A DNA stretch of 64,000 nt from Chlamydiales bacterium (GCA_965206695.1 CBDBKM010000011.1:64001-128000); one strand, 5' to 3'; counted from the first letter of the stretch, positions 34,579-45,927 are shown. Notes: generated by a model from the sequence alone, not told the origin. Numbers and translations are program-made.

Positions 34579-37500
34579 TTATTGATTTTCCTCAGGATAT
34601 TTTTCTTTTAAAGAACGCCATTTTTCTATTAATTCTGCTGCTATCGGTGCAGCCTCTCTTCCATAATCTCCAAAGCGTAGATAAACGATAACAACAAGTT
34701 CAGGATGTTTTAATATTTTATTTTCTATATCGTTTTCTTCATGGTCAGGATTATAACTAACACATCCAAACCATATATGTTTATAAAGATTAGTTCCCTT
34801 ATTTAGATCCAGGTCGATCGCTTCTCTTTTTTCTGCAGTGCTTGTTTTAGCAATCATTTGATTCTGAAGTTTTATATAATTTTTCAATGGAGAAGATTGT
34901 TGTCTATAGGTTCTTATTTTTTTCCAGTAACCGGTACCTGTCTCTTCTGTTACGACTTTTTGCATTCCCATAATTAAAGTGTTTTGTATTACTGTAGGAA
35001 AATCAATGGTATTTTTTATTTCATCCGGGAAAAAGCACAATTGATTTATCCGGTTATTTCGCTCTGTTGCAGTAAATATTGGAAAGTCGATACCGATTAG
35101 TTGAAAGCTTTCATTATAATCAAAAAGCCTTTTACGAAAGATCATTTGATCATTTCTAATCGGTTCCTCAGCTTTAGTAAATTTAACAATTTTGGGTTTA
35201 AAAACGTATCCTCCATTAACAATAGATGACATCATAACAGCTGTTTGAAGCGGGGTGACAACCAAAGAATGTTGTCCAATAGCTGTAGCATAGAGTCCTG
35301 TTTGATTGACAGCCAAGTCAGTAGGTAGGTTCCCGGAATACTCTCCGGGCAAATCAATCCCGGTGCATTTACCAAAAGAAAATTTTTTTGCAGCTTGGAT
35401 TAAGTCATCAGGATTTTTTAACATATCTCCGGCTAAAATAGAGAAATAGGGATTACTGGAAATTTCAAGCGCTTTGATAAAATCTAAGCGTCCAATTGCT
35501 CTTCTGTGGCTTCTAGGTAGGCGCCCACCTTTATAATATTGTGGGATAGGTTTTCCTTGTTGAGTATAGCCGATATTCCAATCTTTACCTTCTTTAGAAG
35601 GGTGTAAATCATCAATAATAGTTAATGGATTTAAACTATCAGTATTCGAATCTATTTCATGATATTGCTGTAAAAGAGTTTCATATGCTGTTACTAATTT
35701 AAAAATAGAGCCTTGGCACGTCGCTTGTCTAAAAGCATAGGATCTGGCAAAGCCAAAAACTGAATTAGGATAAAAGCTAGCGGCTAAATGTTTTTCTAAT
35801 TGAGGTTTTTGTGGAGATACATTGCGATAAGAGCCTAAAAGAGGGCGATTAAGATTCTTATATTCTCGCATCGTTTTCAGATATTCTAGTGCTAGGCTAG
35901 AGGAGAGATTATCCAAGCAAAGATGCAAATTATAATACGTTTTATACCAAGATGCGGCCTTATGTGCTCCATTACTAAGTTCTTTTTGCCATAAAAGAAA
36001 ATAATTGATAAATGGTTTGAGTTCTTCTCTAATCACATGCTCTGAATATAAATCATGACCTAAAAAGGTCATAATAAATAACCATTTATATTCTGCCCAA
36101 AAAACTTGGAACAGTGCATTTTCTTTTTCATCTAAATAATCAATATACGGTTTGGCATATTGTCCTTTTTCTTTTTCTTCAACTCTCTTTTGTTTGAGAT
36201 ACTCTTTTTGATTGTCTCTTCTCCAATTTTTAAAAATATATTGGTGATATAATTCTTTTGTCATATTACAAATGACTTCATTAATATTAGCATAAGCGCA
36301 AGTAGCATCTCGATACTGCGAAAGAAAATGATTGTTTACCTGACCCAGTAATTCATCTGAAAAGGTATCAACATTTACTAAAAGTCTACACAAATCAATG
36401 AACAGGAGTTTATCATAGTTCTGGGGAATGGAGTTTAAGAAAGGATCGATAATACGTTTAAGATAACTTATTTCTATTTGGTTATATTTAAAGTTATCTT
36501 CAATGAGTTGTTTTGTGAATTTAGGAATAAAAGAGCTAGGATAAGGAATATGCTCGCCATCATTATATAATGTTGTTAAGACATACCAAGCGCTGTTCTG
36601 TTCACTAACTTCTAAAATTCGATTAAAAGCCTTTTGGAGAGTAATAGCATCTTTTACATAAGCAAATTGTTTAAAAACTTGTCTGGCTCTGTTCGTTTCC
36701 GGAAGAATAAGATCAAGATAATTCTCCCAAGAAAGCCATTTTTCTTCTATCACACGTTTTTTTTGAACAGGGTCTATAATTTCTCTTTCTAATGGATGCT
36801 TCCGGTCCCAAATCATGCTAATAAATTGATCGCCTTCAAATGTTTTTTTGATTTGCAGGGATTTTTTCCGCATATCTTCTTGATTGCCGGAAGGGACAAA
36901 ATCATTTGGGTTAAATCTTGGATAAGAAGCAAGGGCTAAAATTTCACCATTATTGGGATCCATAACCACAATAGCTCCACCTTTGATCCAAGGCTGTTTA
37001 TATTGTGTATAAGTGCCCCGGCTCGGGTCATAGCGGATACTTCTACCTTCTCTTAAGCTTTCACTTTCAATCAAAAGTGTTTCAGCACATTCTTGTAGTT
37101 CTTGAGAAATTGTTAATACGAAGCGCCGACCGGGGATAGATTCTTGGTAGCCGGGCAATTCTCGAAGGAAATTTCCTTTGGCATCAGAATAATATATTTT
37201 TTTCCCATGATAACCTTTAAGCTCTTGTTCATAGGTAGCTTCAATGCCGGTTTTTCCTATTCGGTCATGAAGAGTATACGTTTTTTTATCTAAAACCCTT
37301 AGGCGATAGCGAATTTCATCGATAGTATTTAGCCCAATAGGAAGTTTTGCTTCATTTCCCGATTCCCATTCATGGATAAAATCTTCAAGTAATTTTTTTT
37401 CTTCATAAAAGCTATTATATTCATGCCGATTGATAGCTCCCATATAACCAATAATTTCTCCGGATAATTCTTGATGGGGATAGTATCGCTTGCATGTTCT

Positions 37501-38049
37501 TTCGGCCACGATACCGAGCCAGTCTTTTTCTAAGATTTTTAATTGAAAATATTGGCTTTCGGTAATGTCTTCTTTTAAGACAAAAGAAGCATCATTTAAA
37601 AGAGAGGCTTTAGCATGAATGAGATCTTCGATTCGATCAGCATCCATTTCAATGATATTGGATAAAAGGTAGGATAAGGTTTCAATATGCTTCCGTCTCT
37701 TGTATATTTTTATTTTCTTTTTTTTCTTCCCTTTCTCCCATGCAACTGTTGAAATTTGTCGAATTTGAGCATAAGAAACAGCCGCATTATAACGTACTTG
37801 ATTGACAGCTAGGGGAATATTAAATCGATCTCGAATCGTTCCTCTTTCTGCATGTTCGATAATAATTTTTTGTTGAGGCTTGTTGAAGTCTTTTGTTCTT
37901 TTATCGCACTCAAAGATACTTAAGTGCCAAACGCGAAAAACAATTAAAAGCATGATTAGAAAAACGAAGTTTAAAACACGATTTGCTTTGCCGAGTATAT
38001 CCAATTCAAAATCGGTTGCTGATTGTCTTCTTTTTTGCCAAAAACGCAT
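34579..38049 (-). CDS. pbp2: Chlamydial penicillin-binding protein 2 (class B PBP with large insertion)
   Basis: N-terminal TM, ERGTIRDR, GEILALASYP, GSIFK (SxxK), SSN, AIGQ, KTSTAE. Confidence 0.95.
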   Translation of the reverse strand: MRFWQKRRQSATDFELDILGKANRVLNFVFLIMLLIVFRVWHLSIFECDKRTKDFNKPQQKIIIEHAERGTIRDRFNIPLAVNQVRYNAAVSYAQIRQISTVAWEKGKKKKKIKIYKRRKHIETLSYLLSNIIEMDADRIEDLIHAKASLLNDASFVLKEDITESQYFQLKILEKDWLGIVAERTCKRYYPHQELSGEIIGYMGAINRHEYNSFYEEKKLLEDFIHEWESGNEAKLPIGLNTIDEIRYRLRVLDKKTYTLHDRIGKTGIEATYEQELKGYHGKKIYYSDAKGNFLRELPGYQESIPGRRFVLTISQELQECAETLLIESESLREGRSIRYDPSRGTYTQYKQPWIKGGAIVVMDPNNGEILALASYPRFNPNDFVPSGNQEDMRKKSLQIKKTFEGDQFISMIWDRKHPLEREIIDPVQKKRVIEEKWLSWENYLDLILPETNRARQVFKQFAYVKDAITLQKAFNRILEVSEQNSAWYVLTTLYNDGEHIPYPSSFIPKFTKQLIEDNFKYNQIEISYLKRIIDPFLNSIPQNYDKLLFIDLCRLLVNVDTFSDELLGQVNNHFLSQYRDATCAYANINEVICNMTKELYHQYIFKNWRRDNQKEYLKQKRVEEKEKGQYAKPYIDYLDEKENALFQVFWAEYKWLFIMTFLGHDLYSEHVIREELKPFINYFLLWQKELSNGAHKAASWYKTYYNLHLCLDNLSSSLALEYLKTMREYKNLNRPLLGSYRNVSPQKPQLEKHLAASFYPNSVFGFARSYAFRQATCQGSIFKLVTAYETLLQQYHEIDSNTDSLNPLTIIDDLHPSKEGKDWNIGYTQQGKPIPQYYKGGRLPRSHRRAIGRLDFIKALEISSNPYFSILAGDMLKNPDDLIQAAKKFSFGKCTGIDLPGEYSGNLPTDLAVNQTGLYATAIGQHSLVVTPLQTAVMMSSIVNGGYVFKPKIVKFTKAEEPIRNDQMIFRKRLFDYNESFQLIGIDFPIFTATERNNRINQLCFFPDEIKNTIDFPTVIQNTLIMGMQKVVTEETGTGYWKKIRTYRQQSSPLKNYIKLQNQMIAKTSTAEKREAIDLDLNKGTNLYKHIWFGCVSYNPDHEENDIENKILKHPELVVIVYLRFGDYGREAAPIAAELIEKWRSLKEKYPEENQ

Positions 38050-38289
38050 TTTAAATTTAGGTGGGAAATTTGTCTAATTTAATTCTAATTTTTATTATCT
38101 GTATATTTCAATAGTAATCTAATTAATGTTTTAAAACTTTGAAAAAACCAACACATTTTTGTTCAATCTGAAGTAAAAAAGAATAGTGAAACGTTTTTTT
38201 AAAAATCTTTTTCTTCTTATCTACTAAAGCACTATGAAATACCTTGTCAATAAATGGGTAAATTTTTATAGTTTTTGTTATTTTTAAAT

Positions 38290-38360
38290 GCGCCTGTAGT
38301 TCAATGGTAGAACAATAGCCTTCCAAGCTATGAGTGTCAGTTCGATTCTGATCAGGCGCT
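38290..38360 (+). tRNA. tRNA-Gly(TCC)
   Basis: GCGCCTG...CAGGCGC-T, anticodon arm ATAGC-CTTCCAA-GCTAT. Confidence 0.95.
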
Positions 38361-38480
38361 ATTGTGTTAGATGTCACAACCAAAGGACCTTAAGCAGGTC
38401 ACTATTACCAAGACCGAAATCTTGTTATTAAAAAAAACAAGATGCTATCGTCAATTAACCATTAAACAAAAGGACAAGGC

Positions 38481-39308
38481 TTGGCTGAAGTAACTATCAA
38501 AAATCTATTAGAATCCGGTGCGCATTTTGGACATCAAAAGAAACGCTGGAATCCAAAAATGAAACGTTTCATTTTTGAGGCTCGCAATGGCCTATATATC
38601 ATTGATCTTGCCAAAACATTACAACAGATACGAAGTGCTATGGAAATTGTCGCCTCTGTTGTTGCTGATCATCAATCAGTTCTTTTCGTTGGAACTAAAA
38701 AACAAGCAAAAGCAGTTATTCGCGAATTTGCAGAAAATTGCGATGAATTTTATGTTTGTGAACGTTGGTTGGGTGGTATGCTGACCAATTGGAAAACTAT
38801 TAGAGAATCTGTAAAAAAACTAGGCCGGATAGAAAAAAGACTAGCTACTGAGGTTGCAGGTTTAACTAAAAAAGAAATTTCGATTTTATCTAAATCACAA
38901 AAAAAATTAGAAAATACACTGTCCGGTGTGCGTTCTATGAGAAAGATGCCCGGTTTAGTTATTGTTGTGGATCCTAGTCGTGAGCATATTGTAGTTGCAG
39001 AAGCTCGTAAATTAGGTATTCCGGTAATGGCTCTAGTCGATACCAATTGTGATCCCGATATTATTGACCACGTCATTGCATGTAATGATGATGCTCTTAA
39101 ATGTGTGAAATTGATTATTCAGGCTTTATCCGAAGCCATTTCTGAAAAGAAAAAAGAATTAGGCATTACAGCAAAAAAAACGAGCCGGCCTCAAGAGACA
39201 CAATCCGAGGCTAGGGCTGCAGATGAAGCTATAGAGAGTAAATCTGAAGAAAGCAAGGTTGAAGAACAGGAAATCTCCGATAAAAAAACAGATGAGGAGG
39301 GCAAATAA
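38481..39308 (+). CDS. rpsB: 30S ribosomal protein S2
   Basis: LLESGAHFGH...WNPKM, FVGTKKQA, RWLGGMLTN, VDTNCDP; TTG start. Confidence 0.99.
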   Translation: MAEVTIKNLLESGAHFGHQKKRWNPKMKRFIFEARNGLYIIDLAKTLQQIRSAMEIVASVVADHQSVLFVGTKKQAKAVIREFAENCDEFYVCERWLGGMLTNWKTIRESVKKLGRIEKRLATEVAGLTKKEISILSKSQKKLENTLSGVRSMRKMPGLVIVVDPSREHIVVAEARKLGIPVMALVDTNCDPDIIDHVIACNDDALKCVKLIIQALSEAISEKKKELGITAKKTSRPQETQSEARAADEAIESKSEESKVEEQEISDKKTDEEGK

Positions 39309-39311
39309 ATT

Positions 39312-40163
39312 ATGACAGTTACTCCTGCTATGTTGAAAGAATTAAGAGAGCGTACCGGTGTTGGTATGGCTAAATGTAAAGAAGCTTTACAAAATTCTAA
39401 TGGAGATATCGAACTTGCTATAGATAACTTGCGTAAAGCAGGTCTGGCATCAGCGGCAAAAAAAGAAGGCCGAGAGGCTAATGAAGGTTTAATTGGAGTG
39501 GCCGACACTGATAAAGTCGTTGCATTAATTGAAATTAATTCCGAAACAGACTTTGTTGCTAAAAATGATAAATTTCGTCAGTTTTTAACTGACATGGCTC
39601 TGGAAGTTGCTAATACACAGCCAAGTTCGGTTGAAGAATTTTTGAACCAAAAATTTTCTAAAGATCCATCTTTAACTGTAAACGAATATCGCGGTGTTTT
39701 AATTCAATCTCTTGGAGAAAATATTCAGTTTCGTCGTTTAATTTCTATTCCCAAAGCAACTGACCAATCCATTGGTGTCTATAGCCATATGAAAGGTAGA
39801 ATTGTATGTGTGGTAGAAATTTCCGGTAGTGCGAATCAGGCTGCTTTGGCAAAAGATATTGCGATGCATGTCGCAGCTGCTGCCCCGGAATTCTTATCAT
39901 CAGATGAGATGCCGGAAAACGTAAAAGCCCGTGAGGAAGAAATTGCTCGCAGCCAAATGAAAGGCAAGCCTGCGAATATTATTGATAAAATTATTGAAGG
40001 CAAGATGCGTGCTTTTTACGATCAAGTATGTTTATTGCAACAGGATTTTGTTAAGGAACCGGGCTTATCCATTAAGGAATTGGTAGCCAAACACGCTAAA
40101 GAGACAGAAAAACCTCTTAAATTAACTTCATTTAAACGATGGCAATTAGGTGGTCAAGGATAA
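39312..40163 (+). CDS. tsf: Elongation factor Ts
   Basis: KELRERTGVGMAKCKEAL, EINSETDFVAKN. Confidence 0.99.
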   Translation: MTVTPAMLKELRERTGVGMAKCKEALQNSNGDIELAIDNLRKAGLASAAKKEGREANEGLIGVADTDKVVALIEINSETDFVAKNDKFRQFLTDMALEVANTQPSSVEEFLNQKFSKDPSLTVNEYRGVLIQSLGENIQFRRLISIPKATDQSIGVYSHMKGRIVCVVEISGSANQAALAKDIAMHVAAAAPEFLSSDEMPENVKAREEEIARSQMKGKPANIIDKIIEGKMRAFYDQVCLLQQDFVKEPGLSIKELVAKHAKETEKPLKLTSFKRWQLGGQG

Positions 40164-40890
40164 GATTCAAGCAACGCCTCCCTATAAGCGAATTTTATTA
40201 AAGCTTTCCGGCGAAGCTTTGATGGGGGCTCAGCATTTTGGTATTGAAAAAGAGGCTTGTTCTACATTAGCTTCTACGATAAAGGAAATTGTTGATATGG
40301 GTGTCCAAATCGGTATTGTGTTGGGCGGAGGCAATATTTTTCGTGGTTTGCATGGAAGCGAGTCTTTAGGAATTAAACGAGCGCAAGCAGATTATATTGG
40401 GATGTTAGCAACGTTGATGAATGGTCTAATTTTTCAACAAACTCTATCTAATGCAGGAATTGATTCTAGGGTGATGAGCGGTTATAAGGGATTTGATATT
40501 GTTGAACCGGCAATTTGGTCAATGGCTGTTAAACATTTAGATAAGCAAAGGGTGGTAATTTTTGTTGGTGGTACCGGAAATCCTTTTTTTACTACGGATA
40601 CAGCCGCAGCTTTAAGGGCTAGTGAAATTGATGCACAACTTCTTATTAAAGCCACCAAAGTTGATGGTGTATATGATAAAGATCCTTTACAATATCCAAA
40701 TGCTAAAAAATACGATACATTGAATTATACTCAGGTTTTGGAACAAAACTTAAAAGTAATGGACGCTACAGCTATTAGTTTATGCAGAGATAATGATATC
40801 CCTATAATGGTACTTAATATGACTTCCAAAACAGCCTTGGTGGATGCTATTCATCATAAAAATACGGGGACTTTGGTAAGAGGAGAATAA
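40150..40890 (+). CDS. pyrH: UMP kinase
   Basis: YKRILLKLSGEAL, GGGNIFRG, GTGNPFFTTDTAAALRA. Confidence 0.99.
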   Translation: MVKDKIQATPPYKRILLKLSGEALMGAQHFGIEKEACSTLASTIKEIVDMGVQIGIVLGGGNIFRGLHGSESLGIKRAQADYIGMLATLMNGLIFQQTLSNAGIDSRVMSGYKGFDIVEPAIWSMAVKHLDKQRVVIFVGGTGNPFFTTDTAAALRASEIDAQLLIKATKVDGVYDKDPLQYPNAKKYDTLNYTQVLEQNLKVMDATAISLCRDNDIPIMVLNMTSKTALVDAIHHKNTGTLVRGE

Positions 40891-40892
40891 AT

Positions 40893-41441
40893 ATGACTTT
40901 AGGTGAAACAAAATCAAAAATGGCGCAAGCGGTTACACATTTTAAAGAAGAGTTAAGCCATATTAGAACAGGCAGAGCGGATCCTACAATGTTGCAACAT
41001 GTCCGGGTAGAGGTTTATGGCACTCAAATGCGTTTAAATGATTTAGCTTCCGTAACAACGCCGGATCCGCGACAATTGTTAATTACGGCCTATGATATAA
41101 ATAATTTGGGAGCTATTAGAAAAGGAATTGAGAAGGCGAATTTAAATTTGCAGCCCCAAATTGATGGTAATATCATACGTATCAATATTGCTGAAATGGA
41201 CGAATCGGTAAGAAAGGAAATGGTTAAGCAGGCTAAAAAAAAAGGTGAAGAAGCGAAAGTAAGTATTCGTAATGCCAGAAGGGATGAAAACGAGCAATTG
41301 AAGAAAATGAAAAGTTCCGGTGAAATTGCCGAAGATATTCAAAAAAAACATGAAAACGAGATCCAAAAGTTAACAGATCAATTTTGTAAAGAGGTGGATG
41401 AAATCTGCAGTCGTAAAGAAAAAGAAATTCTTGTGATCTAG
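40893..41441 (+). CDS. frr: Ribosome recycling factor
   Basis: IRTGRA, AKVSIRNARRD, IQKLTD. Confidence 0.99.
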   Translation: MTLGETKSKMAQAVTHFKEELSHIRTGRADPTMLQHVRVEVYGTQMRLNDLASVTTPDPRQLLITAYDINNLGAIRKGIEKANLNLQPQIDGNIIRINIAEMDESVRKEMVKQAKKKGEEAKVSIRNARRDENEQLKKMKSSGEIAEDIQKKHENEIQKLTDQFCKEVDEICSRKEKEILVI

Positions 41442-41501
41442 CTTTTGTTTTTAATTTGATTTTAATTTTACTGATCAGTAGCATGTTACGTTTAAATATC
41501 C

Positions 41502-41576
41502 GGCCCCATCGTCTAGCCAGGTCTAGGACACCGGATTTTCATTCCGATAACAGGGGTTCGAATCCCCTTGGGGTCA
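41502..41576 (+). tRNA. tRNA-Glu(TTC)
   Basis: GGCCCCA...TGGGGTC-A, anticodon loop TTTTCAT, T-loop GGTTCGAATCC. Confidence 0.95.
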
Positions 41577-41591
41577 TTGTATAAGTTTGTT

Positions 41592-41665
41592 GAGCCTTTA
41601 GCTCAGTTGGTTAGAGCATCTCACTTTTAATGAGAGGGTCGAAGGTTCAAGTCCTTCAAGGCTCA
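41592..41665 (+). tRNA. tRNA-Lys(TTT)
   Basis: GAGCCTT...AAGGCTC-A, anticodon arm TCTCA-CTTTTAA-TGAGA. Confidence 0.95.
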
Positions 41666-41673
41666 ATATGTTT

Positions 41674-41714
41674 AAATGACAAAGATGGTGAACTACCATC
41701 TTTGTCATTTTTTT
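41674..41714 (+). terminator. Rho-independent terminator
   Basis: AAATGACAAAGATGGT-GAACT-ACCATCTTTGTCATTT followed by T-tract. Confidence 0.88.
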
Positions 41715-41910
41715 AAAAAGTTCTGAATGAAGGAAAGTTTATTTTCCATAAGTCTATTTTTCCAAGCCGAATATGTTTTCCAACAATATTTAGCTTGCGA
41801 TCACCCCCTTACTAAAAATTTTAAAATAAGGGCTCAGATAAGAGATTGCAGTTTTAAAAATTTTAGACTACTTTACATTTATTAATGAAATTCCTTAGTA
41901 TCGCAACAAT

Positions 41911-42465
41911 ATGGATGAAGAAGAAAGTAAGAACTCATTGCCGGATAGGCCGTTAGAATGTACGGAGTGTAAAAAGCCTGCAAGTATTCGCTATACGGAA
42001 ATTATAGGGAAAAAAGTAAATCGTACTAGTATGTGTATTGATTGTCCTTTTCTTAGTAAACGTCTGCAAGGAAGTACAAGAGGTGAGAATCCTCAAGAAT
42101 CTCATGATACATTAACAGGATTATGTTGCGGAAATTGCGGTACAACGTTAGATACGATTCGTACGGGTAACCCGTTGGGATGCACTCAATGTTACGAAAT
42201 TTTCGAAAATGTTTTAATCCAAGAAATTATAGCTTCTAAAAAAATCCCTCAAAAATTAATAACTGCTGCTGCTAGTGGTACAACTGCTTTACATCAAGGA
42301 TATTCACCGGGAGAAAGTAAAGAAGTTGGTCCTTCTCTTCGCTTACTTGCTTTAAATGAAGCTTTAAATGAGACATTGACACGAGAGGATTATGAACAAG
42401 CGGCATGGTTGAGAGATCAAATTAAAGAACTAACGGAACAATCACAAGAAAAATCAGACGAATAA
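41911..42465 (+). CDS. mcsA: McsA (CxxC-rich, C-terminal UVR domain)
   Basis: CTEC, CIDC, CGNC, GCTQCY; EDYEQAAWLRDQIK UVR motif; upstream of mcsB. Confidence 0.9.
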   Translation: MDEEESKNSLPDRPLECTECKKPASIRYTEIIGKKVNRTSMCIDCPFLSKRLQGSTRGENPQESHDTLTGLCCGNCGTTLDTIRTGNPLGCTQCYEIFENVLIQEIIASKKIPQKLITAAASGTTALHQGYSPGESKEVGPSLRLLALNEALNETLTREDYEQAAWLRDQIKELTEQSQEKSDE

Positions 42466-42466
42466 A

Positions 42467-43531
42467 ATGAATAAGACTTTAGATGTATTTTCTAAACATT
42501 CGCCCTGGTATAAGAATCAAAATAGTATTTGGCTGGCTTCGACATTAAAGGTATATCGGAATTTAGAAAAGTATAATTTTCCTTCAAAATTAGACAATAC
42601 CAGAAGACAGCAAATTATTCGGGTTATACAAAAAGAAATACTTTCTTCTACTCATCTGAACGCTCCGACTTGTTTATTAGGGGAAGATCTTGAACCGGTT
42701 GATAAGGAATTTTTATTTGAGTATTTTCTATCAACCAATTCTTTTCATCATGCTTCTTGTGGAGAAGGTTTTATAATAGATAAAGACGCGCGTTTTTTAG
42801 CTACATTGAACATCAAAGATCATTTGCAGTTGGAACTAATAGATTCTAGAAATGAACTGGAAGAGAGTTGGAATCAATTATTATGTATAGAAAAAAATAT
42901 CGAGAGTTCCATTAACCTTGCCTTTTCTCCAAAGTTTGGTTTTCTTACGGCAGATCCTTTTATTTGTGGAACAGGCTTTATCATTTATACTTATTTACAT
43001 GTTCCGGCTCTTATTCATACTCATAAACTTAATGAAATATTAGATACTCGAAAAGAAGAAGGTATTATTCCTGCTAGTATGGAAGGGGGCATGGAAGATC
43101 ATTTAGGCGATCTTTTAACTTTGCACAATAACTATACCTTAGGTGTATCAGAAGAAAAATTAATTAGTTCAATGCGAGCAACCACCATTTGTTTTATTAT
43201 GGCGGAAAAAAGTGCTAGAGAACGCATTAAAAATGGTGATAATAATGAAATAAAAGATATCATCAGTAAAGCTTTTGGAGTTTTATTACATTCTTATCAA
43301 TTAGAAACAAAAGAAGCTGTTAGATGCTTAAGTCTTTGTAAACTTGGTGTAGAATTAGAATGGATAACCGGCGTTAAACTTCAAGACGTCAATGAATTGT
43401 TCTTTACTTGTAGAAGAGCTCATCTTTTAAAACGATATTCTAATAATATCCCTCTTGAAGAAATACCTCGAAAACGAGCTGAATATATTCATGAGAACTT
43501 AGCACGTGCTAAGTTTACTTGTGGATCTTAA
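42467..43531 (+). CDS. mcsB: McsB protein-arginine kinase homologue
   Basis: RNLEKYNFP, DHL, FGFLT...GTG, LHVPAL, NNYTLGVSE, KRAEYI. Confidence 0.9.
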   Translation: MNKTLDVFSKHSPWYKNQNSIWLASTLKVYRNLEKYNFPSKLDNTRRQQIIRVIQKEILSSTHLNAPTCLLGEDLEPVDKEFLFEYFLSTNSFHHASCGEGFIIDKDARFLATLNIKDHLQLELIDSRNELEESWNQLLCIEKNIESSINLAFSPKFGFLTADPFICGTGFIIYTYLHVPALIHTHKLNEILDTRKEEGIIPASMEGGMEDHLGDLLTLHNNYTLGVSEEKLISSMRATTICFIMAEKSARERIKNGDNNEIKDIISKAFGVLLHSYQLETKEAVRCLSLCKLGVELEWITGVKLQDVNELFFTCRRAHLLKRYSNNIPLEEIPRKRAEYIHENLARAKFTCGS

Positions 43532-43544
43532 ACGTAATTTTAAA

Positions 43545-45915
43545 AAAAGTTCCGGTTCACTTTCGGCTTTAGGCAATCAGAAAATTTAGCTTATGTTCTG
43601 AACCATTGTCTGCCGTTAATGTATAAACGTTATCTTTAATAGGTTTTAAGCACTCAATGAAGGCATTAGCAACACCACAAGATTGTTTAAATTTTACCTT
43701 TACAACCGACATTCCTAGACCGTAAGATATTTTTTTTGAATTAGAATTATAGATTGCCTATCCTGTTACTTTTTATTTGATACAAGGAGAAAAGTTATGC
43801 CGGAAGTTGCAGGAGATAATATTCAAACAGTGAACATGGATCACCATGGATTAATTGCAGCACTTTGCAGCGATCTAAAGGTAGCGGAAAGGATTGATAC
43901 CGGATTAAAAAATCATCCACAAAGAAAAGTAAGTGCGGGACAGGCAGTAATTGCAATGATTCTGAATGGATTAGGGTTTACTAATAGACGTCTCTACCTA
44001 ACACATCAATTTTTTGCTTCTAAATCGATAGAGAATTTACTTGGCAACAATCTTCGAGCAGAAGATCTCACAGATTATACTTTAGGTCATGCTTTGGATG
44101 ATATTGCGAAATATGGGAGCAGTAAATTATTTGCTGAAGTTTCTTTTGGAATAGCCCTAGACCATGATTTACTACAAAAAACGCATCATCTAGATACAAC
44201 AAGCTTTTCCGTTCATGGGTCGTATGAAGTGAAAGATGATCCGCAAGTGATTGAGATTAAGCAGGGTTATTCTAAAGATCATAGACCTGATTTGAAACAA
44301 GTTGTACTTTCTCTCGTTACCAATGGTCCGAGTTCTATGCCTCTATGGATGGAAGCCTTAGACGGCAATAGTTCTGATAAAGCAAGTTTTCATGAGACGC
44401 TCAAAAAAATCAGTGAATTTCAACAACAGATTGATGTAAAAACAAAGTTTAAGTGGGTTGCCGATTCAGCGTTATACACAAAAGAAAAGCTCTTAAAAAA
44501 TAATGATTATAAATGGCTCACCCGAGTTCCCGAGATAATAGGAGAAGCAAAAAGATTAGTAGAAAAACCGGAAGAAGAAATTGATTGGATTGATCAGGAG
44601 AAAGGATATAAAACATGCAGCTTCACCTCTTTTTATGGAGGGATTAAACAAAGATGGCTTTTGGTTTTTTCAGAGCAAGCCTATCAGAGAGAGATAAAAT
44701 CATTAGAAAAAAAATTGACCAAGGCAGAAGAAAAGCTCAAGAAACAACTTTGGCATTTGGGTAATGAGGAATTTAAATGCGAAAGTGATGCTAAAAAAGC
44801 TTGGGGCAGATTGACTAAAAAAAATCATTTATATTCCATGAATAGTGAGATATTGCCGATTCTAAAATATGGTAAATTAGGCAAACCTAAACAAGGAGAG
44901 GAAAAACAAGTTGTTGGATACAAGATTCATGCTAGCTTTGAAAGGGAAGAAGAAGAAATTAATAAACTGATGAATAGAAAAGGACGGTTTATTTTAGCTG
45001 CGAATGACACCGATAGAGAAAATTATAAAGATGAGATGATGTTAGAAGAATATAAAGAACAGCAAAAGGTTGAAGGAGGGTTTCGCTTTTTAAAAGATCC
45101 TTGGTTTATGGTTGATTCTATTTTTTTAAAAACCCCTCGACGCATTGAAGCATTAATGATGGTTATGACATTGTGTTTAATGGTTTATAATATCGGACAA
45201 TATCAACTTCGACAAAAATTGATAGAAACAGAAGAGACATTACCCAACCAATTAGGAAAGGAAGTCAAAAATCCAACATTAAGATGGATTTTCCAAATTA
45301 TGGAAGGTATCGGAATAATCCGTTTTTTTCAGAAGACTTCCCGGAGAATTTGTAAAGAAATGATCACAAATTTAACCCGTCTTCGGAAAAAGATTATTGT
45401 TTTGTTTGGAAAGACTGCAATGAGGATGTATGGCTTAATTAGAAAAACTTGTTTAGAGGTCTAGGAATGTCGGTTTACAAGCATCGTATATTTAGAGGCA
45501 CGATCAATGATAAATACAATTGCTCCTTGGTGATTGTTACCTATGATTGTCTCTCATTCAAAATTTCCTATTCTTATTTTTTTATCGACAAGGCCAGGCC
45601 TCTCATTAATATCAATCCTATCTGAAATACATCCTCGACCTGATTTAAAAGATCCTCGTCTTGTATATCCTACCTTTGTGTCTTAAATTTTTATACTGAT
45701 TTAAGTTGAAGAATTGACAAATTGAGTTGGACTAATCATTCTAAAATTATCTGTCATTCGTTCTTTTAAAAGATCAGAATAGTTACTGATCAAGTTTGCA
45801 AGTTTCTTTAATTTGACGATAAGCTATTGAGCGTTGTTCTGCAGATTTTTTTTGTGCTGAAAAATAAATATCCTGTCGGCTGTCACCATTTCTTTTTAAC
45901 TCTCGATAAACGGTA
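43545..45915 (-). pseudogene. Decayed IS30-family element interrupted by IS1634
   Basis: Sequence on both sides of IS1634 aligns with IS30 at 16937-17480 (e.g. GCATCGTATATTTAGAGGCACGATCAA). Confidence 0.75.
43706..45473 (+). mobile_element. IS1634-family element copy 1, intact transposase 43797-45464
   Basis: 16-bp TIR CCGACATTCCTAGACC, TTTACAA target duplication; HLDTTSF, GYSKDHRPDLKQ, VADSALY, QQKVEGGFRFLK. Confidence 0.95.
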
Positions 45916-45927
45916 GACCTGCTTACT

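Noticed and set aside
20818..41484. Short antisense or overlapping ORFs inside rpoD, lpdA, lipA, sctR, pbp2, rpsB, tsf and frr
   Set aside because: Shadow ORFs of well-supported genes.
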